A stretch of DNA of 64,000 nt from Candidatus Poribacteria bacterium (lineage in GTDB: Bacteria > Poribacteria > WGA-4E > WGA-3G): NCBI GenBank assembly GCA_963663765.2, contig CAXXUA010000004.1, forward strand, positions 64,001-128,000, in the 5' to 3' direction. Positions 1-11,200 of the stretch are shown in pieces. Under the pieces are notes generated by a model. The model worked only from the letters and a program-made list of their open reading frames with translations, did no database searches and was not told the DNA's origin. How positions within the stretch are numbered: position 1 is the first letter of the stretch; each line of letters starts with the position of its first letter. Position numbers and translations under genes: made by a program.

Positions 1-2
1 TT

Positions 3-2237
3 TCTCAAGACAAGTATGTATCAAATATTATATGGAAATCGGATGTATTCACAATTGGATCCTTAGAGATTTTTTCCGGTGAGGATAGTCCACAACAAAA
101 TCTAAATACTTCTCCCTTAAGAGTAACGCATTCAGATTCAGTCAATAGACAACATATCTTCTATTTGTCTGATTTAGGTTTACCATCTGGAGAATATATA
201 TATCGCATAAAGGCACAGAATAGAGCACGGCTTACGCGGATTGATGATAACGATGGAAACTTATATACAATTGCATTGCGAAATGAACAGATCTCACATT
301 TACACATGCAAGTTGAAAACTCAGCACAACTTGGATTGCATGCAATCGTTGCACCTACCGATATAAATTTGAATGGAAAAGTTGAACTGATAGGCGTTGA
401 AACAGGAACTAATACTGCCCATATTTTTGAGGCGGACAATAGCGATGGTCTTGTTAAGGTGTCTACTGTTGGTGAATCGGTGTCTCGTCTTTGGAGTATT
501 GGGGACACAGATGGTGATGGACTGATAGAAATCTTATGCAATCGTGGTAATATCACATTCTTGCTTGAACAACCCTCAGCTGGACAATTGCCTTCAGACA
601 TCATTTGGGAGATGCAGGGTATTTGGGGTGGAACAATCACTGACTTGGATCAAGACGGGAAACCTGAGATTCTATCACGACATGATGCAACTAATTCCAT
701 CATGGTATACGAAGCAGACGGAAATAACAACCATAGAGAAATTGTCTCACTTGAAAATCCCACATCTGGAAAGAATGGACTTGAATCAAGGTTTGCAATT
801 GGAGACTTTGATGCGGATGGCAAGATGGAGTTCCTTGCTGGCGACAGTGATGGAGAAGTATTCATATACGAAAATGTAGGAGATGACACATACCAAAATA
901 CTTGGAATGAAACATTACAAGATGGTACACCACACCTTTTTGCAGCTGGAGATATGAATGGTGATGGACGTCCAGAATTTGCAATAGGGTCGAAAGTTTG
1001 GACAGCAGAATTAGACTTGCCTCGACAACATTGGCTCATTACAATCTATACATCAACAGGAAACGATTCATATCGTGCAGTCTGGCATCAACGAATTCGT
1101 GAACTACATGATGGTGATAGTGGTATGACCATAGCAGATGCAAACAGTGATGGAAAAAATGAACTCTGTATCGTTGTACCTCCAAATGCATATCTTGTGC
1201 AATACGATGGTGTTGATTACCATCCTATTTGGCACCATACAGCGACAAGTACATTTAACCCAATTGTGACTGATTTTGATAAAGACGGTAAAAATGAATT
1301 CCTATTTAATAATTGGAATGTATTCAGCAGTTTCATTAACCCATACACAAACGCAATTGCTGCAGATATACTTCCACCATGGGGCATTTCAGCGAAACCG
1401 ATTAGCGAGACATCAGTGTCGCTACAATGGCAAGCAACAAAGGATGTTGTTGCATTTACAATCCATCGTGGAGAAAGTAAGGCATCATTGAAACCTATAC
1501 ATGAAGGAATTACAGTAACACATTTTACGGATGAAGGACTTACGAAAGGAAAAACCTATTGGTATGCCATTTCGTCTAAAGGTCTTGATGGCAAAATGTC
1601 CGATCTATCATCACTCGTATCAGTGAAACCCACTTCTCTACCGCAGTTACTGTCGGCAGTCCATTCACATCCTAAGCAGATACTGATTACCTTTGACAAA
1701 CAGATGGATATATCGGCAACGAATCCTGCACGCTATATGCTGCACAGACAAAAAACGGATGCAGAATCAAACGGTACAGACACCAACACAAAAGAGCACT
1801 ATGTACCACAGTCTGCTATCTTTGATAGGTCAAGCAAAAGGGTCATACTAACGTTTACCAATGACGTTCTTGATTCCAACGATCAATATCAGATTGAGAC
1901 ATTCCAACTTTCTGATATATCTGGTGCTGAGATAACTAAGGAAGGAAGCAGGATAGCAGTTGAATTCACTTCTCAGTCTCACAAGGATATGATTGTCTAT
2001 CCAAATCCAGCACGAGGCAATAAAATCACATTTGATAGGTTACCTGCAGGAAGCAAAATAGCGATCTATGATGTAAGCGGAAATCAGATCACTTCCCTTG
2101 CTACTTTAGAAGAGGACGCAACAGGAGAGAAGTGTCAACAAATCTGGTCATTAAATGGTATCAGTAGCGGCGTCTATATCTATGTGATTGAATCTGTTAC
2201 GGGTAGACAGATTGGAAAAGTGTCTGTGATTCGGTAG
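3..2237 (+). CDS. Secreted FG-GAP/VCBS-repeat protein with FN3 domain, Ig-like domain and T9SS-like C-terminal domain (5' partial)
   Basis: Frame is open from the window start, so the TTG at 165 is not the true start. Repeated GDxDGDG motifs, FN3 signature (LQW...YWYAI) and C-terminal VYPNP...IYDVSG...SGVYIY. Confidence 0.8.
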   Translation, partial: SQDKYVSNIIWKSDVFTIGSLEIFSGEDSPQQNLNTSPLRVTHSDSVNRQHIFYLSDLGLPSGEYIYRIKAQNRARLTRIDDNDGNLYTIALRNEQISHLHMQVENSAQLGLHAIVAPTDINLNGKVELIGVETGTNTAHIFEADNSDGLVKVSTVGESVSRLWSIGDTDGDGLIEILCNRGNITFLLEQPSAGQLPSDIIWEMQGIWGGTITDLDQDGKPEILSRHDATNSIMVYEADGNNNHREIVSLENPTSGKNGLESRFAIGDFDADGKMEFLAGDSDGEVFIYENVGDDTYQNTWNETLQDGTPHLFAAGDMNGDGRPEFAIGSKVWTAELDLPRQHWLITIYTSTGNDSYRAVWHQRIRELHDGDSGMTIADANSDGKNELCIVVPPNAYLVQYDGVDYHPIWHHTATSTFNPIVTDFDKDGKNEFLFNNWNVFSSFINPYTNAIAADILPPWGISAKPISETSVSLQWQATKDVVAFTIHRGESKASLKPIHEGITVTHFTDEGLTKGKTYWYAISSKGLDGKMSDLSSLVSVKPTSLPQLLSAVHSHPKQILITFDKQMDISATNPARYMLHRQKTDAESNGTDTNTKEHYVPQSAIFDRSSKRVILTFTNDVLDSNDQYQIETFQLSDISGAEITKEGSRIAVEFTSQSHKDMIVYPNPARGNKITFDRLPAGSKIAIYDVSGNQITSLATLEEDATGEKCQQIWSLNGISSGVYIYVIESVTGRQIGKVSVIR

Positions 2238-2283
2238 AAATTGCTATTTCTCACACATGATAGTGAATTGGAAAAGAACGTTA

Positions 2284-5200
2284 CTACTGATCATCACTGA
2301 CATCAATATATTGTAAATCATCAAAAGGTTTTCCATTTTCATCTGTAAATCGCATATAGAAACCCCATGTCAATTGCTCGTTACAGACCTTAATGAGAAT
2401 GGTGTTTTTTCCTGCTTTTAATGTGACTGGAACAATATCTTTGTCAACAACAACCCATCGACCAGTTTCGAAAGTATAGACCTGTTCTCCGTTTAACCAC
2501 ACTTTCGCTTGGTCATCAGTGCCAATACGGAGTTGTACTTCGCGCTCAACAGGGGACGTTACGGTTGTCCATGCATAAGAAACACGCCAATCCTCATTTC
2601 TACCAAAATCGATGAGTCCATTAAATGCGTCATCAGAGTGTTTTTGCCAACTGACCTTTCCATCAATGCCAACGTATTCTGCAGATCTGTCAATCTGTGT
2701 GATGTCTTCAGGAATGTAAGCTGTATCGTATCCGATACTTGCTGTGTTATCAAACGGACCGAGAACCAACCACTGTTCCTCATGGATGATACCTGTCTGT
2801 CGTATCTGTTCAATTGCTTTGTCATGCATGTCGTTCTTTTCGTAGTATTCAGCCCACCCTAAATTGACATTAACATGGAATGTAGGTTCTGGTGGAGGGG
2901 GTGTGTTCAGCAAAGCATCAGCAGATTTATAATGCAGATCATCATAAGGTATACCATCTACATCGGTAATACGGAAGTAAAAATCATAATCAGAACTTCC
3001 ATTACATATCTTCACAAGGATAGTGTTTTCTCCCTGATTTAGTGTCGTGTTAATTGTGTAGCGGTCAATCCTTGCAGCACCGGTTCTATCATGGTTGAAC
3101 ACATATTCACCGTTTAACCATATTGCACCTTGGTCATCACTGTCAAATTTTATGACTATATCACGATCATCTGGAGAGACAACGACTGCCCAAACATAAG
3201 ATGAGCTCGATTCGGTGTCACCCGTAAAAACGTAATGACCATCTAATGAACGATATGTCGATTTTTTCCAACTAATTAATTCACCTTTACCATAGTATTG
3301 TGCAGATGGGTCAATTTGGGTGGTTTCCTCTTTAATATAAGCATTTTGCACACCATAAGCATCAGTATTATCAAAGGGACCGAGTGTTATCCAATTTGTT
3401 TCAGGAACAAGTCCAGCTTTCATAGTGTATTCTATTGCATTTGCTTTTTTGCCTTTGTTACTATAGTAATGTGCTATCTTTCGGTAGCCGTTTGCTCGAG
3501 AAGTTGAACTCTCATCAGTAAAAGTGTCTAACACCTCATCCAACATCTGCTCAAACCTTTTCTTATCATCAGCATACTTACTACTGTCAATTATTCTGTC
3601 CCATATCCGTTCATAGGAATACTCGTTTGAGACAATAGAAAATGCTAGTTTATAGTATTTTATAGCGTCATCATAGAGTTGGTTAGCAACGCAGGTTTCC
3701 GCGAGTACAGCAGGATAATAATAACTTGTTCCTGTAAAGGTCTGTACTGCTCGTTTTGCGAATGTGTGTGCAGTTTTTGGAAATAGACCTTTTTCCAACA
3801 ATTCTTCAGCAAAAGTGCGATAGTAATATTCGTAGTCTGAGTTGTAGACCTGTTTTTGACGAATTTTTAACCACTGTGTAAACGCTTGTTCAGCTTTTTC
3901 TGTATCACCCAATTCATTGTAAATATTACCTAACAGGTCGTGTAGGACAGCACTCTTGAGCATCTTCGGTTGTATCTCTTCAAGGATAGCAAGACGTTTT
4001 TCCTTATGCTGTTCGTCAGCGAAGATTCCAACTAATGCTGTTATCGCGGAGTCGTGTGAAGATTGAGAAAGTGGTGCATCTAATGCTTGCCGGTATACAG
4101 TTTCTGCATCTGACATCTGATCCATTTTCATGTAAGTTTTTGCTAATAGATCGTAGTTTTGATATGTCGTAGGTTCAAGTTCAATTGCCTTTTGATAAGC
4201 AGATATTGCCTTTGTCAATACATCACTATTTATGGTTTCAAAGATTGGACGTTCGTATGATTCAAGTTTTGCATCACCTATGAGTTTTCCATGGTTGTTG
4301 TTCGGTGTAGTATCAAGGATCTGTTCATCTTTTTCTACGTCAAATTTCCAGTATCCGACCAAACCGTCTTCATCACCGTTGAGTGGTGTATCCATGTCAA
4401 CACGGATTTGTTTCTGAGTACGAGCGATATTCCAGATGCGCACCTCATCAATCTGTCCGACAAAAGAACCATGTAATGGATGCTTGTTCTCATGGGTCCA
4501 ACCGATTCGCAGCGGGAGTGTGCTTTTATGGATACTTTTCTGTCCATTGTAATTATTATGACTCACTTCATTGCCGTTAATAAAAAGTTTGATGTAATTG
4601 TTTTTTGCATCAATGACTCCAGCAATATGTGTCCATGTATTTAGTTTTATAGTTCCTGCTGGGGCATAGATGGGTATATCATGTACGTCTTGAGGAGATG
4701 ATGCAAATTGAATTCCCCCATCATTTATTAGCTGCAGAACGTAACTTCGCAGCTTGAATCCTGGATCCCATTCATCACCTCTGAAAATAATAGGAATGTA
4801 ATTATTTGAAAATCCTGTTGGATTCATCCAAAGTGAGAGAGTTACCTGTTCCGTTAAACTGTCTAAAACTTCGCTATCGTGGATTTCGACAAAATCTCGA
4901 TTTCCACTGAGTGTTAGTGCAGTATCTTCAATAACTTTTACAGTTTTACGTTTCTCTGTAGGTAGTTTTTGATAGAGATCCCCGAGTTTCTTTTGCCATT
5001 GTGGATTGTATAGTTGAAGTTCACTTATTTTTTCATACTGTTCAACTGCTAATGCAGTCTGTTCCGTCGATTCGTAGGTCTCAGCAAGGGTTTGCCTTGT
5101 GTTAGCATCGTTAGGATTTCTTTTTATCTTCTCCAGATATTTTGGTATCCATTTTTCATAGAGTTTTGTGGTTTTCGCAAGTTCAGTCATTGCTGTTTTT

Positions 5201-8200
5201 GCTCTGGATCGTGTGCTGCTGTTTCTGGCACTGTTTGCGAGTTGTTGATATATATTGACAGCTTCTTCATGTTGTTCTGTTTCCTTATAACACTTTGCGA
5301 GTAATTCGCTCAATATATCCACAATTGAACTACTACTATAACTGCTGCTTTTGTCTATAGCATACTTGGCGTATTTAATTGCACTCTCAAACTGTTTATG
5401 TTCAAAACTTATAGATGCAAGAGAACCGAGAAACCACATATCATTAATTTTGTTGTTTTCAAAAACTTTTTCTGCTTCACGGAACATTTCTTGTGCTAAA
5501 CCCTGTTGTCCACTGTTTGTAAATGCGTTACCAGCAGCATAGAAATTAGTTATGTTCTCTGGTTGTAGTTTTATTAACTTTTGATACACCTCAGCAGCTG
5601 CTTTGTAATTCTGTCCGCCTAAATAGATTTCTGCAAGTAATTCAAGAAAATCCGTGTTTTCAGGTTCATCATTAAGTTTATTTTCATAGAGTATTCTCAA
5701 CTTGTCCAGTTTTCCAGCACTGTTGTATGAACTAACCAATTCTTCACGCGCTTGTTCTTCCTTACTCTTATATGTCATGGTCGCGTTACTTGAATTTGAA
5801 GATCGATATGGACTACCAGAAGCGATATTATTGTCAAAGATTTCAAATACAGAATCGGTATCATCAAGTTTGACGTATACATCAAGCAATTCAGATGTGA
5901 TTCTTTCTCGATCATAGCTGTCTGTTGTCAAATCAAGTGCTTTTTTAAAAGCATCAACCGACTTATGTAAATCACCCTTTTTTTCATAGATTTGTGCTTG
6001 TTCTCTCTGCATCACTGCAGTGATAGTTCCTTCGTCCTCTGCCTTTTGTAACATCTCTTCTAATTTTCCTTGATAACGATACAAATTGATCAAATTCGCT
6101 TCTGTGTTTTCTCTATCCCACTGTGATGTCGTGAATTGGATAGCTTTTTTATATGCGTTTTCAGCAGCTTCCATGTTATCTTTGCGAAGGTATAGGTCAG
6201 CCATGTTTAGATGAATTTGTCGATTTCCAGCAGCATATTCCAATGCTTTTTCATAGTTGGAAATAGCTTCATCAACCTTATCTTCATCAATATATAGTTT
6301 TGCAAGACGTACGTAATGTACACTGCTTTCCGGTTCTGATTGGATGTATTCTTGGCACAATTCATACGCCTCCTTTATTTTTCCTGCAGACACATGACTA
6401 TTAACAAGTCCGTCCTGAAATTTGGTATTTTCTGGGTCGGAGTCAAGCAGAGAAGTCCATGTATTTGAAGCCTTTTCGTGTAAATTCAGACGAGTGTAAA
6501 GCCTTGCGAGTTCAGAACGCGATTCAAAGTCTTCAGGAGTGGATTTTGCAATCCGTTCGTATATACTTATTGCTCTTGCTACCTGACCAAGTCCCACCAG
6601 TTCTGTTGCAATAGCACGTTGCATGTGGATACTCATCGTCTGCGTCTGTTCGACCATCTGTTTTCTTGATGAAAGATCACCACGTTTTTGTATTGTATCT
6701 ATGTACATTCTTTGAGCATTGTCACGATCCCACCAATCAGCTGACAAGTCATTGATAATTCCTGCCAAGATGGTCTCAGCATCATCCCACATTTGGTATT
6801 TCATATATGTTGAAGCCAATCTTCTTCTCTCATATATATCAGTGTTGTTATTTCTCATCAATTGGAAATTACCCATCTTACGAAATGCGGTTTGTGCTTT
6901 TTCCAATTCACCGTTCGCTGCATAAGCCTCCCCAAGTCTATTGTAACAACTAACGACAGACCATGAGTTTTCTTGTTTCAGTTTTCTGGCAGCAGCCTCA
7001 AGTATCTGTGTTTGGAGATCATGTCCATCACTTGCATTGGCAAGATTATATAACCATTGTGTATTAACTGATGAGTGGTGATTCTCAATCAGTTGATTGA
7101 CATGTATGCTTGCTCCATCAATATCCTCAGCCATCAGTTTCATTCTTGCTACAATGTAAAGGAGTGTAGCGTTTGACGGATCGTCGTTCAGTATTGTTTC
7201 GTATTCAGTGATTAATTGTTCTAATTCATCCTTCTTTTTGTATAGATTAGAAAGTCTTTGTATATATGTTACATTAATGTCCGATATATCGTTGTTTTCG
7301 ATCTTTTCACGCATGTATTGAATTGCTTTATCTGGACCGCTTGCTGTTTCATGGAATTCGGAGATCTTTATTTCAAAAGAACTCTGTGTCATTCCAGTTT
7401 TATCCTGTTCAAACATCTCTGTTAAATACTGAATAGCTTTTTCAGGTTCATCATTCTTAGCATATATAGTTGCCAATTCTTGATATTGGTAGTTACGATT
7501 CGGTTGAACTTCAAGTATCTTTTCAAATAGTTCAATAGACTCTTTTGTTCTTTTTTCTGCAAGGCATCGTCGTGCAACCGCAATGGTAAATTCATCTCCA
7601 TAATATCTACCAACAGGTTGAATAATCTCTTTTGTTAGAGCAATCAGTTCATCTAATTTGTCTGAATGTACAAAAGCATCTATTGCATTTTCATAGTTGT
7701 AACCGAGTATGGATGAATCGCTTTTGAGAAGTACTTTATAATGAGGAATTGCGTCTTTCGCTTTACCGCTTCGTTCAAGCATCTGGACATAACGGAGACG
7801 GATGTTAATTTCCTTCGGACGTAGATTGAGTACTGACTTAAATGCTTCAGAAGCTTTTTGTATCTTATTTGTTCCCTCATAAAACATTGCTAATTTGAGT
7901 TGTGCATTGAATGATGTTGGGTTATTCTGCGCATCTTCAATAATTTTAGTTTCCCTGTTCTTTCTTTCTTTTACAGTACCAACTAAACTATTCGCCTGTT
8001 GAAAACTCCATGTTGACATCATGCGTCCATATTGGTCGGGACTGTTCGCAAACCGTAGTGCGCGTTCCGCTAATATAGCAGCATCCTGTCCTCTGCCAAG
8101 GTCAGCCAGATGGTCTCCCAGGTCTAATAGAAAGTTCGGATTGCGTTGTGTCATTGCCAATGTCATTGCTTTCTTAGCAGTTGCAATTGCGAATTGTGTG

Positions 8201-11200
8201 AAACCAGACTCTTGAAGCGTGATAGAGAATTCGTAAAGTTCTTGAGGACTTATCGGTGAGTTCATGAGATTGTTCATCACTTCCCGCAAGGTAATAGCAT
8301 CCCCAGTGTGAATTGCAAGTTGCAAGATCAGATCATTGTATTGGCGGCGGTTTCTTGGTTCTGACTCTGCAAGATCTTCAAGCATCGTTAGTGCTATTTT
8401 GTATTGACCACTTTGAATTGAGATATAGGCAATATTCAGTTTTAAAGTTAGGTCATCAGGAAAATCATTGTGTAACGTAGTGAGGATCTGTTGTGCTTTA
8501 TCACGTTTCTCATCCCACCAGTAGCAGTAGCTAAGAGCTAATCCAGGATAGACACGATCTCTACCGTTTGCAATATCCAATTCCTTTTGCAGTTTTTCGA
8601 AGAGTATCTCCTGTTTATTCCGTATCCATACCTCACGAAAAATTGATCTAAGATAGTTTAATCGTTCAATATTGAAGTATGCTGTTGGAACCGGGAAATT
8701 GGACTGTACAGGATTATAGTAGCCATAGTAAGAGTATGAAGATTGTGCAAGTGAAGCAACACGTCTGGGATTAATAGTATTGGGATTCGTTCTTTCTAAG
8801 AAAGTCCAGAATACATCTAATGCTTTTTCTGTTGCTTCTTGTTCTATGTAAGCGTCAGTGATTTCTTCAAAGATTAATCTATATTCCCTGTGCTGTTTTT
8901 GGGGTGGTGTAGGTAAATTCAGTAGTATTTGTTCTGCAATGTCTGTCCTTTTGCTTAATAGGAAAGCACCAACTAACTTGCTGCTTACAGAGAGATCTGT
9001 GTGATTTTCTTCTTCGATCTCTTCTAACAGTCTTGTTGCGTCTTCTTTTTTGTCTTCAGTGTATAGTATTGCGGCATATTCTGCAAAATATCGAGCACGT
9101 ACAGTTGGAACTAAACCGGGTATATCGTCAATTGCTTTCTTGACTGATGCATAATTAAGGTCATCCTTCAATAGTAGCTGCAAACGAAGTGGTTGATATG
9201 CCAAATCGTTGGGTGATATATCTATCAACTTATTTATTGCAGTTTCTGCTTTATCTTTTTGCTGTATCAATGTATAAAACCTTGCTAACGTCTCAAGTGC
9301 TTTTACATCTGTTGGATTTGCTTGAACAACATCCTCAAAATGTTGAATGAGTTCAGAAAGTTTTCCCAGTTGCTGAGCGATTGAAACTAAATGCACAAGT
9401 GCACCTACTTGTGCCTCTTCAAAGGTCTTCGGAATCCATTGCACATTTCCTCCAGCAAAAGTCGATCTACTCTGTATTTCACTGATAGTACCCTGAGAAA
9501 TCTCAAATTTGTTAAAGGTAATACCAGGGATGTAAGAATAGTTATAAATTTCACTATATCTTGTAGCTTGTTTTGTGGTGTTTTCTGCAGATTCGGACAT
9601 ATCCAGTATGCGGTGGAAGTATGTCTGCGCGCGATCCGGTTCATTCATGCCAACTAACAACACACCCAACCTGTAAAGAGGTAAATGTGCATCAGTACCC
9701 GATATCTTTTCAGATGCGCGTTCAAGTACAAAAAATGCTTCTTCCGACAATCCGTGCCGAAGTAATAGAGCAGCAAGCTTCACCTCTGCTTCAAGCGTTT
9801 GATTTTTTGCGTGTAGTAACTTCGTCCAAGCTTGAATTGCTTCCTGTTCTCGTCCAGCATCAAATAGTAATTCACCCAGTTTCTGTTGATGAGTTGGGTC
9901 TGGATCAACTTTGACAAGTCGCTGTTGGTAAGTTAGTGCATCTTGTATATCACCCAATTCAGAACTGATTTCAACTAATTTGAATAAGAGTTCCGGATTT
10001 TCACGTTGTTTGTTTAAACCTTGTGCTAATTGGAAACGTGCACTGGGTAGGTCACCTTCCATACGGTGAAGTTCAGCAAGTGCAAGTACTGGTGCAACCC
10101 AAGCAGTATTTGATTTTGCTAACTGCTTTAGTTTTTCCTCAAACTCACCTTGTCTACCAAGGTCATAATAGACTTCAGCAAGTGGTTTGACAAAAGTCAG
10201 TTTGTCGTGAATGTCTTCACTCAAGTTCCAACAACGCCAATATTGTGATAGTGCTTCCTGTAACTTACCAGAGAGTTTATAGACCTTTGCTAACTCTGTG
10301 CGTGTGTCAATCATTTCTGGGCGCAGCCGAATTGCTTGTTTCAAACTGTCTATAGCGGCATCATAATTCTTAGCTTGCTTTGCTATCTGTGCGAGAAGTT
10401 GGTGTCCTTCAGGATTACGCGGACTATTCGCGATAACCTGTTTTGCTGCTGTGGTAGCGGACTCGTAGTCTAATATATCTAAATAGGACTTTGCTATATT
10501 TGCGTGGTACTCTCGTGCGTTTGCACTGTCTATCTCAATTAGCTGCAAATATATAGAATTTGCATCGTCGCGTCTACCTTGCCTATTGTATACCTTAGCA
10601 AGCCATCGATTCACACCTACATCATTTGGTTTTAGTTTCTTTGCATTCAGTAGAACTTCTAAAGCATGGGTGATATTGCCCAACTTAAGATACATTTTTG
10701 CGATCTGTTTTTGGTATAAGAAATTTTGGTCAGAAGCTATTTCTGATTTATCAAGTTTAGTTTCCAGTTCTTCTATTTTTTCTTGTAGTGTACCTTGTCT
10801 TCGGTAGAGTTCTATCCTTTTGTCATCCATTTTTTCTGCAAAAAATGCATTGGGTGCAAGTTCCATTGCTGCCGTGTATTCAGTAAGAGCTGCATCGTAA
10901 TCTCCACTCTCAATAAGGTGTTTGGCTAAAGTTTCACGGTATTTATACTCATCTGGCATCAACTCAACTGCTTTTCGTATGGCAGCAACTGCTTCAGTAT
11001 TGAAATGCTTTGCTTTGAATAATTGTGCGAGTCTATCATAGTTCGCTCCAATTGCTCTTTTTCCCTCAACCATCTGATTCCAAGTCTCAAGTGCTTTCTC
11101 ACGGTTACCTTGTCGAAAGTAGAAATCTCCATAATACTCAATATAATCCAGATTGTTAGGCGCAAGTGAGATTGCCTTTTCATACTGAGCAACAGCATCA